From Sandaracinaceae bacterium (lineage in GTDB: Bacteria > Myxococcota_A > Polyangia > Polyangiales > Sandaracinaceae), in NCBI GenBank assembly GCA_044220955.1, contig JBGAQA010000016.1, forward strand, positions 1 through 64,000: a stretch of DNA of 64,000 nt, read 5' to 3'. Below are positions 10,840-21,192 of the stretch, piece after piece (the stretch's first letter is position 1; each line of letters opens with the position of its first letter). Under the pieces are notes generated by a model. It ran no database searches. It saw only the letters and a list, made by a program, of their open reading frames with translations, and was not told the DNA's origin. The position numbers were made by a program, and so were the translations under genes.

Positions 10840-12612
10840 ATGGCGCGTGACATCGTGATCGGGATGGCGGGCTCGGGCGGTGACGGGATCGTCAGCGCTG
10901 GCGAGTCGTTGCTCTCCGCTGCGGCGCGCGAGGGCTTCCACGCCATGATGACCAAGAGCTTCGGGCCGCAGATCCGTGGCGGCGAGTCCTCGTGTCGCGT
11001 GCGCCTCTCCGAGCGTCCGCTCTCCAACCCGGGCGCCGTGCTCGACGTGGCCGTCGCGCTGAACTGGGACGACTTCCTCAGGTTCGGGGCCGAGCTGCCC
11101 TGTGGTCCCGGCACCGTGGTGGTCTACGAGTCCAAGACGGGCGTCGCACCGGACGCGCTGCCGCTCACGGGCGTCACCCCCGCGCAGGTCTTCTCGCTCC
11201 CCCTCGGCGACATGACCAAGAGCGCCGCGGGCACCGACAAGGCGAAGAACAGCCTCGTGCTCGGGCTGCTCTCCGGGTGGCTCGGCGTCGGCCGCGAGGG
11301 TGTGCCACAGGGCATCCGCGCGCGCTTCGGCAAGAAGGGTGACGACGTCGTCCAGCAGAACCTCAAGGCGTTCGGCGCGGGCCTCAGCTACGCCGAGGCG
11401 AACCCGCTCACAACCCCTCGCACGATGTCGGCGCCGGGCGCCGTGACCCAGAAGCTCCTCGCGGACGGCAACGACGTCGCGGCGGCGGCCGCCATCTTCG
11501 CGGGCTGCCGGTTCTTCTCCGGCTACCCCATCACGCCCTCGAGCGAGGTGATGCAGTTCCTCGGGCGCGAGATCTGGAAGTACGGCGGCGCGCTCCTGCA
11601 GTGCGAGGACGAGATCGCGGGCATCGGCGCCGCGCTCGGCGCCTCGCTCGCAGGCAAGAAGGCGATGACCGCGACGAGCGGCCCGGGGATGGACCTCAAG
11701 ACCGAGATCATGGGCCTGGCGTCGATCGCCGAGCTCCCGCTGGTCATCCTCAACGTGCAGCGTGGCGGTCCGTCGACGGGCCTGCCGACCAAGGCCGAGC
11801 AGTCCGACCTCTTCCAGGCGTGCTTCTCGGCGCACGGCGACGTGCTGCGCCCGGTGCTCGCGCCGACGAGCGTCCCCGACACGTTCGGCGTCGTCGTGGA
11901 GGCGTTCAACATCGCCGAGAAGTACCAGACGCCCGTGATCGTCCTCTCCGATCAGGAGATCGGGCACCGCAAGGAGACCTTCGATCCGATCGACACGTCG
12001 CGCTTCGTGATCGAGGAGCGGCTCACACCCACGGCGGAGGAGCTCGCCAAGGGGGGCTACGAGCGCTACGCGATGACCGAGTCGCGCGTCAGCCCGATCA
12101 CGCACCCGGGGATGCGGGGCGGCGCCTACCTCGGGGCGGGGATCGAGCACAACGAGTCGGGCGCGCCGGCTTCGGGCGGCTCCATGCACGCGCGGATGAA
12201 CGCCAAGCGCTTCGACAAGCTGGCCCCACTCAAGGCGCGCGAAGATCTGGTGACGATCGAGGGCGACCTCGACGCGCCGCTCGCGCTCCTCGGCTGGGGA
12301 TCGGTCGGCGGCGTGTGCCGCGAGGCGATGGAGATCGCGCGCGCCGACGGCATGAAGGTGAAGCTGATCGTCCCGAAGCTGCTCTACCCGGTGCCGGAGG
12401 CCATCTACGATCGCTTCTTCGCGTCGGTGCGCGGCGGGGTGGTCGTCGAGCAGTCGCACCAGGGGCAGTTCTACCGGCTGCTCCGCATGTTCGTGGACGT
12501 CCCGAAGGGCGTTCAGTCGTTCGCGCGCGGCGGCGCCAACCCGTTCTCGTCGACCGAGGTCGTGCGCCGGCTGCGGACGCTCGCCGAAGCGAAGGAGCAG
12601 AGCGCGACATGA
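10840..12612 (+). CDS. korA: 2-oxoacid:ferredoxin oxidoreductase alpha subunit (gamma-alpha fusion)
   Basis: GSGGDG, QIRGG, GYPITP, QCEDEIA, TATSGPG, QRGGPSTGLPT. Confidence 0.92.
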   Translation: MARDIVIGMAGSGGDGIVSAGESLLSAAAREGFHAMMTKSFGPQIRGGESSCRVRLSERPLSNPGAVLDVAVALNWDDFLRFGAELPCGPGTVVVYESKTGVAPDALPLTGVTPAQVFSLPLGDMTKSAAGTDKAKNSLVLGLLSGWLGVGREGVPQGIRARFGKKGDDVVQQNLKAFGAGLSYAEANPLTTPRTMSAPGAVTQKLLADGNDVAAAAAIFAGCRFFSGYPITPSSEVMQFLGREIWKYGGALLQCEDEIAGIGAALGASLAGKKAMTATSGPGMDLKTEIMGLASIAELPLVILNVQRGGPSTGLPTKAEQSDLFQACFSAHGDVLRPVLAPTSVPDTFGVVVEAFNIAEKYQTPVIVLSDQEIGHRKETFDPIDTSRFVIEERLTPTAEELAKGGYERYAMTESRVSPITHPGMRGGAYLGAGIEHNESGAPASGGSMHARMNAKRFDKLAPLKAREDLVTIEGDLDAPLALLGWGSVGGVCREAMEIARADGMKVKLIVPKLLYPVPEAIYDRFFASVRGGVVVEQSHQGQFYRLLRMFVDVPKGVQSFARGGANPFSSTEVVRRLRTLAEAKEQSAT

Positions 12613-13493
12613 CCGCCGACACGAGCGTCCGGGCCTGCACGCCCAACGACTACAAGAGCGACCTCAAGCCGATCTGGTGCCCGGGCTGCGGGGACTACGG
12701 TGTGGTCCAGGCGCTCTCGCGCGCGCTCGCGGCGATAGGCCGGCCGCCGCACGAGATCGCGTTCATCTCGGGCATCGGCTGCAGCTCGCGCATCCCGGGA
12801 TACACGACGGCCTACGGCTTCAACAGCGTGCACGGCCGCGCGCTGCCGATCGCGCAAGGCCTCAAGCTCGCCAGGCCCGATCTGCTCGTGCTCGTCGCGG
12901 GCGGCGACGGCGACGGCTTCTCGATCGGCGGCGGCCACGTGGCGCATGCGATCCGCCGCAACATGGACCTCACGTATCTCGTGATGGACAACCAGGTCTA
13001 CGGCCTGACGAAGGGCCAGCTCTCGCCGACGTCGCCGCGTGGGCTGCGCACGGTCACCTCGACCTACGGTAGCATCGAGGGCCCGATCAACCCGCTGCTC
13101 CAGGTGCTCAGCGCCGGGGCCGGCTTCGTCGCGCAGTCGACGCCGGCGGACATGGCGGGCCTCTCGTCCATCATCGAGCGGGCGATCCGCTATCCGGGCT
13201 TCGCGTTCGTGAACATCCAGTCGCCCTGCGTGACGTACGGCGAGGAGCTGCAGCAGCTCAAGGCGCACAAGACGCGGATGCGCCCGCTGGCGGGCCTCGG
13301 GCACGACCCGAAGGACTACCTGAAGGGACTCGAGTACTGCACGCACTACGGGCAGGAGCTCTACACGGGCGTCTTCTACGAGAACCCGGCGCCGCCGCCG
13401 ACGTTCGAGGCGCAGGCGCTCGAGCGGCAGGCGTCGCTCGCGTCCCTCGCACGCCCGCGCGAGCGCCTGCTCGAGATGTTCGCGAAGGAATAG
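12609..13493 (+). CDS. korB: 2-oxoacid:ferredoxin oxidoreductase beta subunit
   Basis: WCPGCGD, GIGCSS, HGRA, TPP motif GDGD...DN, SPCVT; ATGA overlap with korA. Confidence 0.92.
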   Translation: MTADTSVRACTPNDYKSDLKPIWCPGCGDYGVVQALSRALAAIGRPPHEIAFISGIGCSSRIPGYTTAYGFNSVHGRALPIAQGLKLARPDLLVLVAGGDGDGFSIGGGHVAHAIRRNMDLTYLVMDNQVYGLTKGQLSPTSPRGLRTVTSTYGSIEGPINPLLQVLSAGAGFVAQSTPADMAGLSSIIERAIRYPGFAFVNIQSPCVTYGEELQQLKAHKTRMRPLAGLGHDPKDYLKGLEYCTHYGQELYTGVFYENPAPPPTFEAQALERQASLASLARPRERLLEMFAKE

Positions 13494-13504
13494 GAAGCTG
13501 GCGC

Positions 13505-14029
13505 ATGAGCACCCAAGGCATCGACTTCGACAAGCTCACCCTGATGGATGCGCTCGACCTCGCGACGATGATCGAGGAGGAGGCGCGTGATCGATATGGC
13601 GAGCTGGCGGTGCAGCTCGAGGTGCACCACACGCCGGAGGCGGCGACCTTCTTCCGCAAGATGATGCAGGTCGAGGAGATCCACCGCTCCGAGCTCGCCG
13701 CGCGCAGGCGCGAGCGCTTCGGCGACGCGGCGCCCCGCGTGCGCCGCGAGATGATCTTCGACGTCGAGGCGCCGGAGTACGACGAGGCGCGGGCCGGCAT
13801 GAGCATCCGCGCTGCGCTCGACTCGGCGATGCGCAGCGAGGTCAAGGCGCACGACTTCTTCGCGGCGGCGATCCCGCGCGTCCTCGACCCCGCGGTGAAG
13901 GCGCTCTTCGCGGAGCTGCAGGCCGAGGAGCTCGAGCACCAGGAGTGGGTCCGCATCGAGCTCGCGAAGCACTCCGACGTGGGCGTGGGAGACGACGCGG
14001 GCGAGCCGGACGAGCCCGTGGCGCACTGA
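13505..14029 (+). CDS. Rubrerythrin/ferritin-like di-iron protein (no rubredoxin domain)
   Basis: EEEARDRY...EEIH...EVKAHDFF...EELEH duplicated E/ExxH pattern. Confidence 0.8.
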   Translation: MSTQGIDFDKLTLMDALDLATMIEEEARDRYGELAVQLEVHHTPEAATFFRKMMQVEEIHRSELAARRRERFGDAAPRVRREMIFDVEAPEYDEARAGMSIRAALDSAMRSEVKAHDFFAAAIPRVLDPAVKALFAELQAEELEHQEWVRIELAKHSDVGVGDDAGEPDEPVAH

Positions 14030-14071
14030 GGCCGTGGCGCACCGAGCAGCACGGGGCCATTCGAGAACGCC

Positions 14072-14440
14072 ATGACACTCGAGGACACCTGGATCGCGCT
14101 CTTCGTCTACCTGCTGATCGCGTTCTCGGTGGGGTTCGTCATGGTCCTCGCCGCACGGGTGCTGCGGGTGCGCGCCAAGGACGTGCCGGCGACGCGCCTG
14201 ACGACGTACGAGTGCGGTGAGGAGCCGGCGGGTCGCGCCTGGATCCGCTTCCATCCGCGCTACTACGTCGTCGCGCTGGTCTTCGTCGTGTTCGACGTCG
14301 AGACCGTGTTCCTCGTGCCCTGGGCGATGGCGGCGCGCGTGCTCGGGCTCTTCGCGCTCGTCGAGATGCTCGTCTTCGCGGCGATCCTGATGCTCTCGTG
14401 GGCGTACGCGCTCCGAAAAGGAGCGCTCGAGTGGCAGTGA
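14072..14440 (+). CDS. nuoA: Complex I subunit A
   Basis: YECGEEP, FDVE, KGALEW. Confidence 0.95.
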   Translation: MTLEDTWIALFVYLLIAFSVGFVMVLAARVLRVRAKDVPATRLTTYECGEEPAGRAWIRFHPRYYVVALVFVVFDVETVFLVPWAMAARVLGLFALVEMLVFAAILMLSWAYALRKGALEWQ

Positions 14441-15108
14441 AGGTCGACGAGAGCGCGCGGCCCTACGAGCACCCCCTCTACGAGCGAATGCTCTCGGTGC
14501 CGGGGCTCGACGTGGCCGTCGCGAGCCTCGATCAGCTGCTCACGTGGGGCGCCGTCAACTCGCTCTGGGTGTTCCCGATGGCGACGAGCTGCTGCGGGAT
14601 CGAGCTCATGGCCGCCGCGGCGAGCCGCGTCGACATCGACCGCATGGGCGCGATCCTCCGAGGCACGCCGCGGCAGTGCGACGTGATGATCGTGGCCGGG
14701 ACGATCACCGTGAAGATGGCGCCGCGCGTGAAGCGCCTCTGGGACCAGATGCCCGAGCCGAAGTGGTGCGTGGCGATGGGCTCGTGCGCCATCTCCGGCG
14801 ACTTCTACCGCGACGTCTACAGCGTGATCCCCGGGATCGACACGGCGATTCCGGTCGACGTGTACGTGCCGGGCTGCCCGCCGAACCCGGAGCAGCTGAT
14901 GGCCGGGCTCCTCAAGCTCCAGGAGCGCATCCGGCTCGAGCGATCCGGACAGGTCGTTCCGAAGGAGAGCCGGCCGGCCACGCACGAGCGCACGATCCTC
15001 CCGCTGGTCCAGCGCCACGAGGATCGCGCCGAGGACGACGCGCGCTCGAAGGCCCAGCTGGTGTCCGCCGAGCGCCTGCTCGTCAGGATCCCGAAGGAGG
15101 GCACGTGA
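14437..15108 (+). CDS. nuoB: Complex I subunit B (N2 cluster)
   Basis: [27 protein letters not shown] overlap. Confidence 0.95.
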   Translation: MKVDESARPYEHPLYERMLSVPGLDVAVASLDQLLTWGAVNSLWVFPMATSCCGIELMAAAASRVDIDRMGAILRGTPRQCDVMIVAGTITVKMAPRVKRLWDQMPEPKWCVAMGSCAISGDFYRDVYSVIPGIDTAIPVDVYVPGCPPNPEQLMAGLLKLQERIRLERSGQVVPKESRPATHERTILPLVQRHEDRAEDDARSKAQLVSAERLLVRIPKEGT

Positions 15109-15716
15109 CGGACACGCCCCTCGTCGTGCTCGAAGGTGCGGCGGCAGTGCTCGCCGGCGCTGCGGAGGCGGAGGTGCGCGCGGCGCTCGCGACGGCATGC
15201 CCCGGAGCGGCGGAGCATGCGGCGGAGGTCGCCGAGACGCGCGCCGAGGCGCTGCGCGCGCTGAGCGAGCTCTTCACCGAGCGCTTCGGCCTCGCCCACG
15301 ACCCCAAGATCGGCGGCCCGCTCGTGCCGCGCGCGCGTCACCGCGAGCTGGCCGCGCAGCTGAAGGAGCGAGGCTACGTCCAGTACGTGACCGTGTGCGC
15401 GAGCCACTGGCCCGCCAGCAAGACGAAGACCGGCGAGGATCCGGAGCACTTCGAGGTCGCCACGGTCCTGCGCACGGTGGGCCCCGGCACCTGCGAGGCG
15501 GCGTGGCGCGTGCGGCTCGAGGTCGGCGAGGCGCTCGACTCGCTCGTCCCCCTCTTCGCCGGCGCCGACTGGCAGGAGCGCGAGCAATACGACCTCGTCG
15601 GCGTGCGCTTCGAGGGCCACCCCGACCTGCGGCGCCTGATGCTCCCCGACGAGTGGGAGGGGCACCCGCTCCGCCGCGACTACGCCATCGACACGAGGTG
15701 CGAGCCGTGGCGCTGA
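15105..15716 (+). CDS. nuoC: Complex I subunit C with N-terminal extension
   Basis: [40 protein letters not shown]. Confidence 0.92.
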   Translation: MTDTPLVVLEGAAAVLAGAAEAEVRAALATACPGAAEHAAEVAETRAEALRALSELFTERFGLAHDPKIGGPLVPRARHRELAAQLKERGYVQYVTVCASHWPASKTKTGEDPEHFEVATVLRTVGPGTCEAAWRVRLEVGEALDSLVPLFAGADWQEREQYDLVGVRFEGHPDLRRLMLPDEWEGHPLRRDYAIDTRCEPWR

Positions 15717-16921
15717 CGAGCACCTCCGGCGCCTCGCGTGCGCGGCCGACCCGGGCCGTGATCGCCGACCCGTACCTCGATCTCGACGCGTACGACGCCG
15801 ACGCGGACCTCATGACCGTGAGCCTCGGCCCGCAGCACCCCTCGACCCACGGCGTGTTCCGCGTCGTCCTGACGCTCGACGGCGAGAAGATCGTGAAGGC
15901 GGTGCCGCACTGCGGGTACCTGCACCGCGGCGTCGAGAAGCTCTGCGAGAAGCTCTCGTACTCGAACGTCACGCCCATCCTCGACAAGAACGACTACGTC
16001 GCGCCGATGCTCAACGAGCAGGCCGCGAACATGGCCTTCGAGAAGCTCATGGGCATCGAGGTGCCCCTGCGCGCCCGGCACCTGCGCGCGCTCCTGGCCG
16101 AGCTGCAGCGCATCGCCTCGCACCTGCTCTGGCTCGGCACGTTCGCGATCGACCTCGGCGGCGCGATGGGCGGCGGCACCACCGTCTTCATGTACTGCTT
16201 CCGCGAGCGCGAGCTGATCCTCGACGTCTTCGAGCAGCTGACGGGCTGCCGCTTCCACTACAACACGCACACGGTCGGCGGGAACCGGCACGACGTGCCG
16301 CCGGACTGGCCGCGCGCCGTCCACGCGGCGCTCACCGCCATCGAGGCGCGCCTGCCCAGCTACCTCGGCATGCTCGAGCACCCGATCTTCGCCGAGCGCA
16401 CGCGCGGCGTCGGCAGGATCGACGCGGATCTCGCGCTCGAGCTCGGGCTCAGCGGTCCGCTCTTGCGCGCGTGCGGGATCGATCACGACCTGCGGCGGGA
16501 CGCGCCGTACCACGTCTACGATCAGCTCGAGGTGAGGGTCGCGGTCGCCGAGGGCGGCGACTGCCTTGCGCGCTACCAGGTGCGCGTCGAGGAGATCCGC
16601 GAGAGCGTGCGCCTCTCGCGGCTGCTCGTCGACAACGTGCCCGCGGGGCCGATCTCGTCCACGAAGCCGCTCAACATCGTCTCGCAATTCAAGGCCACGA
16701 GCGGTCAGGCGTACGTCGGGATCGAGACGCCGCGCGGCGAGCTCGGCACCTGGGTCATCGCCTCCGCGGCCAAGCCCTCGAGCCCGTACCGCATGAAGAT
16801 CCGCCCGCCGAGCCTGCACGCCGCGGCCGCGGTCCCCTACGTCTTCCCGGGGCACGTCCTCTCGGACGCCGTCGCCATCCTCGGATCGCTCGACCCGATC
16901 ATGGGGGAGGTCGACCGATGA
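15707..16921 (+). CDS. nuoD: Complex I subunit D
   Basis: [30 protein letters not shown]-terminal GEVDR. Confidence 0.95.
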   Translation: MALTSTSGASRARPTRAVIADPYLDLDAYDADADLMTVSLGPQHPSTHGVFRVVLTLDGEKIVKAVPHCGYLHRGVEKLCEKLSYSNVTPILDKNDYVAPMLNEQAANMAFEKLMGIEVPLRARHLRALLAELQRIASHLLWLGTFAIDLGGAMGGGTTVFMYCFRERELILDVFEQLTGCRFHYNTHTVGGNRHDVPPDWPRAVHAALTAIEARLPSYLGMLEHPIFAERTRGVGRIDADLALELGLSGPLLRACGIDHDLRRDAPYHVYDQLEVRVAVAEGGDCLARYQVRVEEIRESVRLSRLLVDNVPAGPISSTKPLNIVSQFKATSGQAYVGIETPRGELGTWVIASAAKPSSPYRMKIRPPSLHAAAAVPYVFPGHVLSDAVAILGSLDPIMGEVDR

Positions 16922-17901
16922 TGCAGAGCCCGTGGGCCCTGGGGCTCGTGCACGGCACGCTGCTCGTCACGGCCCTGATGGCCGCGATCGCGTGGATCAG
17001 CTGGTTCGAGCGCAAGCTCGCGGGCCGCATGCAGAGCCGGCTCGGGCCGACGCGCGTGGGGCCCTTCGGCCTGCTCCAGCCGATCGCCGACGCGCTCAAG
17101 GCGATGCAGAAGGAGGACGTCGTCCCTCGCGACGCGGACCGGCGCCTCTTCGTCCTCGCGCCCCCGCTCGCGCTCGGCCTCGCGCTCGCGACCGCGGCGG
17201 TCGTCCCCTTCGCGCCGCACGCGCTCGCCTCCGATCTCGACGTCGGCGTGCTCTACGCGCTCGCGATGGGCGGGCTGATGGCGTTTCCCACGTGGGTCGC
17301 CGGCTGGTCGAGCAACAACAAGTACGCGCTGCTCGGCGGGATGCGCATGGTCGCACAGGGCATCTCCTACGAGATCCCGCTCGTGCTCGCGGCGCTCGTG
17401 CCCGTGGTGCTGACGGGCAGCCTCTCGGTCTCGGCGATCGTCGAGCATCAGGTCGCCTCGCGCTGGCTCGTCCTCACGCCGGCCGGCGCGCCCGCGTTCG
17501 TCCTCTTCCTCGTCACCGCGCTCGCCGAAGGGAACCGGATCCCCTTCGACATCCCCGAGGCGGAGTCGGAGCTCGTCTCGGGGCCGACCACCGAGTACGG
17601 CGCCCTGCGCTGGACGCTCTTCGCGTCGAGCGAGTACGCCCACTCGGTCGTCACGAGCGCGCTCGCGTCCGCGCTCTTCCTCGGCGGCTGGGACGGTCCT
17701 GCGTTCTTGCCGGGCGTGTTCTGGATGGTGCTCAAGACGACGGTGATCTTCGTCGCCATCACGTGGACGCGCTGGTCGCTGCTGCGCTTCCGGAGCGATC
17801 AGCTGATGGCGCTGTGCTGGAAGTGGCTCGTCCCGATCGCGCTCGTCCTGGTGTTCGGCGCGGGGCTCGAGGTCGTGCTCGCCGGGGCCGGTGCGCCGTG
17901 A
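16918..17901 (+). CDS. nuoH: Complex I subunit H
   Basis: ERKLAGRMQSRLGP, QPIADALK, RIPFDIPEAESELV, RFRSDQLM. Confidence 0.95.
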   Translation: MMQSPWALGLVHGTLLVTALMAAIAWISWFERKLAGRMQSRLGPTRVGPFGLLQPIADALKAMQKEDVVPRDADRRLFVLAPPLALGLALATAAVVPFAPHALASDLDVGVLYALAMGGLMAFPTWVAGWSSNNKYALLGGMRMVAQGISYEIPLVLAALVPVVLTGSLSVSAIVEHQVASRWLVLTPAGAPAFVLFLVTALAEGNRIPFDIPEAESELVSGPTTEYGALRWTLFASSEYAHSVVTSALASALFLGGWDGPAFLPGVFWMVLKTTVIFVAITWTRWSLLRFRSDQLMALCWKWLVPIALVLVFGAGLEVVLAGAGAP

Positions 17902-18482
17902 GCTACTTCGTCGCGACGCTGCGCAGCCTGGGCGCGACGCTGCGGCAGGCGTTGAGCAAGCCCTCGACGGTCGAGTACCCGGAGATCGTGCGTCCGCGCG
18001 CGGATCGCATCCGGGCGAGCTTCGCCCTGCTCAAGAACGCCGAGGGCGACGAGCTCTGCATCGGCTGCCGCAAGTGCGAGAAGGTGTGCCCGTCCGAGGT
18101 CATCGCGATGGAGACCTCCAAGCGCCCCTCGCCGGTGACGAGCAAGCCGCGCGGATACGCGGACGACTTCACGCTGAACCTGCAGGCGTGCATCGTCTGC
18201 GAGCTCTGCGTCCAGGTCTGCCCCGAGGACGCGATCGTGATGACGAAGCAGCAGGAGGTGCCCGGCTTCTGCCGCGAGGATCTCGTCCTGACGATGGACA
18301 AGCTCTACGCGAACGGCGAGAAGGTCGAGCGCCGTGCGTGGTCGAACGCGACGCTGCTCGCGGCGCAGCAGAAGCCGGAGGTCAAGCCGGTCGCCGAGGC
18401 CAAGCCGGCCGCCGAGGCCAAGCCGGCCGCCGAGGCCAAGCCGGTCCCGCCGCCGAAGCCCGAGGGGGAGAGCGCGCCATGA
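17898..18482 (+). CDS. nuoI: Complex I subunit I (2x[4Fe-4S])
   Basis: CIGCRKCEKVCP and CIVCELCVQVCP. Confidence 0.93.
   Translation: MSYFVATLRSLGATLRQALSKPSTVEYPEIVRPRADRIRASFALLKNAEGDELCIGCRKCEKVCPSEVIAMETSKRPSPVTSKPRGYADDFTLNLQACIVCELCVQVCPEDAIVMTKQQEVPGFCREDLVLTMDKLYANGEKVERRAWSNATLLAAQQKPEVKPVAEAKPAAEAKPAAEAKPVPPPKPEGESAP
18375..18446 (+). repeat. 18-bp tandem repeat (AEAKPA) in the nuoI tail
   Basis: GCCGAGGCCAAGCCGG(C/T)C x3 plus one degenerate upstream copy. Confidence 0.85.
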
Positions 18483-19060
18483 GCCTCGCCTTCGGCCTCG
18501 TGACGTTCGCGCTCCTCGGCTCGGCGCTCCGTGTCGTCACGTCGAAGAACCTCGTGCACACCGTGCTCTGGCTCGGCATCGCGCTCGCCGCGACCGCGGT
18601 GCTCTACGTGCTCCTCGCCGCTCCCTTCCTCGCCGCGATGCAGCTGATGCTCTACACGGGCGGCGTCCTCACGCTGATGTTGTTCGGCGTCATGCTGACG
18701 ACGCGCGACGCCGGATTCGTCAGCGTGCCGAGCACGCAGGGGCGGCGGGGTCCCGGCGCCGTCCTCGGGGTGCTCGTGTTCTCGATGCTCGCGGTGGCCA
18801 TCGCGCGCACGCCCGGCCTCGAGCGAGCGCCCGCCGCCGACCCGGTCACGACCGCGGAGCTCGGTGAGCTGCTCCTCCGACAGCACGCGCTCGCGTTCGA
18901 GGTGCTCTCGGTGCTGCTCTTCGTCGCGGCGCTCGGCGCCATCGTGCTCGCGCGTCGCAAGGACGCGGGCGAGGAGCCCGCGGCGCCGGAGCCCGGGGTG
19001 ATCCCCCGCGGGGCGAAGCCCGCCGACCCGCAGCCTCCGAAGGAGGCCGAGGCGCCATGA
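18479..19060 (+). CDS. nuoJ: Complex I subunit J
   Basis: NLVHTVLWL, QLMLYTGGV, FEVLSVLL. Confidence 0.92.
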   Translation: MSLAFGLVTFALLGSALRVVTSKNLVHTVLWLGIALAATAVLYVLLAAPFLAAMQLMLYTGGVLTLMLFGVMLTTRDAGFVSVPSTQGRRGPGAVLGVLVFSMLAVAIARTPGLERAPAADPVTTAELGELLLRQHALAFEVLSVLLFVAALGAIVLARRKDAGEEPAAPEPGVIPRGAKPADPQPPKEAEAP

Positions 19061-19356
19061 CGCTCGCCTCCACGCTCCTGGTCTCGGCCGCGCTCTTCTC
19101 GCTCGGGGTCTACGGCCTCGTCACGCGCAAGAACGTCGTCGGGGTGCTCGCCTCGGTCGAGCTCATGGCCAACGCCGTGAACATCAACCTCGTCGCGTTC
19201 GCGCGCTTCCTCGCGGGCGCCGTCGCGCAGATCTTCGCGCTCTTCTCGGTCGCGCTCACGGTCGCGGAGGTCGTCGTCGGGCTCGCGCTCGTGATCGTGC
19301 TCTTCCGCGCGCGCGGCGGCACCGAGCTCTCGCTCGCGTCGGAGCTGAAGGAGTAG
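19057..19356 (+). CDS. nuoK: Complex I subunit K
   Basis: 99 aa, three TM helices, SVELMANAVNIN, VAEVVVGLAL. Confidence 0.93.
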   Translation: MTLASTLLVSAALFSLGVYGLVTRKNVVGVLASVELMANAVNINLVAFARFLAGAVAQIFALFSVALTVAEVVVGLALVIVLFRARGGTELSLASELKE

Positions 19357-19359
19357 CGC

Positions 19360-21192
19360 ATGGGATCGGTCGACCTCGCGCTGCTGCTCCTCTTCGCGCC
19401 GCTGGTGACGGCCCTGGCGATCGTGATCGTCGCGCCGCTCCGTGCCCGCGGCCGGCCGGCGGCGTGGCTCTCCGTCGGGACCGCGATCCTCTCGCTCGGC
19501 TGCGCGCTCGTCCTCTTCTCGCGCTTGCTCACGGGCGCTCACCAGCTCGGCCAGGAGACGGTGCGCTGGCTGCCGCACGCCGCGCTCGGGCACCACGCAT
19601 TCGCGACCGCCGCGATCGAGCTCGGCGTACGCCTCGACGGCGTCTCGGTGTCGATGCTCTGCGTCGTCACGCTCGTCGCGCTCTGCGTGCAGGTCTTCTC
19701 CATCGGCTACCTCGCGGACGAGCCTCCCGCCGATCTCGGGCGCTACTACGCCTGGCAGTCGCTCTTCCTCTTCGCGATGTGCTCGCTCGTGCTCGCGCCG
19801 AACCTGCTGCAGCTCTTCCTCGGCTGGGAGCTCGTGGGCCTCGTGAGCTACCTCTTGATCGGCTACTGGTGGCGCAAGCCCTCGGCCGCGCGCGCCGCGC
19901 TCAAGGCCTTCTGGGTCACCAAGTTCGCCGACATGGGCCTGGTCCTGGGGCTCCTCGTGCTCTTCGTCTCCACCGGCAGCTTCTCGTGGGAGGGCCCGGT
20001 CGCGCTCGCGACGCCCGTCACGCTCCTCTTGTTCCTCGGGGTGATGGGCAAGTCGGCGCAGTTCCCGCTCCACGTGTGGCTGCCCGACGCGATGGAGGGC
20101 CCGACGCCCGTCAGCGCGCTGCTGCATGCCGCCACGATGGTCGCCGCGGGCGTCTACCTCGTCGTGCGCGCGGATCCGCTCTTCCAGCAGGCGCCGGACA
20201 CGCAGCTGGTCATGGCCTACGTCGGCTCCTTCACCGCGCTCTTCGCGGCGGCGGTCGCGGTCGTGCAGACCGACATCAAGAAGGTGCTCGCGTACTCGAC
20301 CTGCTCGCAGCTCGGGTACATGGTCTGCGCGCTCGGAGCGGGCAGCCAGGTCGCGGGCTTCTTCCACCTCACGACGCACGCCTTCTTCAAGGCGCTGCTC
20401 TTCCTCGCTGCCGGCAGTCTCATCCACGGCGTCCACAGCAACGAGCTCTCGAAGATGGGCGGGCTCTTCTCGCGCATGCGCCTCACGTCCATCGCGTTCA
20501 TCATCGGCGCGCTCGCGCTCGCGGGCGTGCCGGGCCTCGCCGGGTTCTTCTCGAAGGACCTCGTGCTCGAGCAGGTGATGGAGCGGCAGCTCTGGGCGCC
20601 GCTGGCCGCGCTCCTCGTCGCGGCGTTCCTCACGGCGTTCTACATGGGGCGCGTCGTGGTCGTCGCGCTCTTCGGGCCGCCCTCGCACGAGGCGGAGCAC
20701 GCGCACGAGTCCGGCGCGACCATGCTGGCTCCGCTCGTGCTGCTCTCCGTCTTCGCGCTCGGCACCGGCTGGCTCGGGGCGACGCTCTCCGGGCTCTACG
20801 CCGAAGAGGCGCACTTCCACCTCAGCCCCGTCGGCATGCTCGCCTCGGCCCTCGCCTTCGCGGGTCTGGGCTGCGCGTACTGGATGTTCGGCGCGCCCCG
20901 CGGCGGAGGCGCGATCCTCGAGGCGTTCGCGCCCCTCGGCCGGCTCGCCCGCTCGAGCCTCGTCGACGACACGCTCGCCTGGGGCTACCGCCGGGCGCTC
21001 ACGGGCGTCGCCGACGCGATCGGCTGGTTCGATCGCTACGTGATCGACGGCCTCATCAACCTCGTGGGGTGGGCCACCCTCGCCGCGGGCGACCGCCTGC
21101 GCCGCATCCAGACCGGGCGCGTCGAGGACTACGTCTACGTCCTCGTCGTCGCCGTCCTGCTCGCCGGGCTCTACGGAGCCTTCACGACGTGA
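19360..21192 (+). CDS. nuoL: Complex I subunit L
   Basis: GWELVG, GKSAQFPLHVWLPDAMEGPTPVSALLHAATMV, HAFFKALLF. Confidence 0.95.
   Translation: MGSVDLALLLLFAPLVTALAIVIVAPLRARGRPAAWLSVGTAILSLGCALVLFSRLLTGAHQLGQETVRWLPHAALGHHAFATAAIELGVRLDGVSVSMLCVVTLVALCVQVFSIGYLADEPPADLGRYYAWQSLFLFAMCSLVLAPNLLQLFLGWELVGLVSYLLIGYWWRKPSAARAALKAFWVTKFADMGLVLGLLVLFVSTGSFSWEGPVALATPVTLLLFLGVMGKSAQFPLHVWLPDAMEGPTPVSALLHAATMVAAGVYLVVRADPLFQQAPDTQLVMAYVGSFTALFAAAVAVVQTDIKKVLAYSTCSQLGYMVCALGAGSQVAGFFHLTTHAFFKALLFLAAGSLIHGVHSNELSKMGGLFSRMRLTSIAFIIGALALAGVPGLAGFFSKDLVLEQVMERQLWAPLAALLVAAFLTAFYMGRVVVVALFGPPSHEAEHAHESGATMLAPLVLLSVFALGTGWLGATLSGLYAEEAHFHLSPVGMLASALAFAGLGCAYWMFGAPRGGGAILEAFAPLGRLARSSLVDDTLAWGYRRALTGVADAIGWFDRYVIDGLINLVGWATLAAGDRLRRIQTGRVEDYVYVLVVAVLLAGLYGAFTT

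Noticed and set aside
13505..14029. Encapsulin cargo protein
   Set aside because: No LxVGSL-type targeting peptide and no encapsulin gene in the window
14437..16921. Group 4 [NiFe]-hydrogenase interpretation of the nuo-like cluster
   Set aside because: NuoD lacks the Ni-binding CxxC motifs and keeps the quinone-site His/Tyr and GEVDR end; NuoB has the tandem CC of complex I
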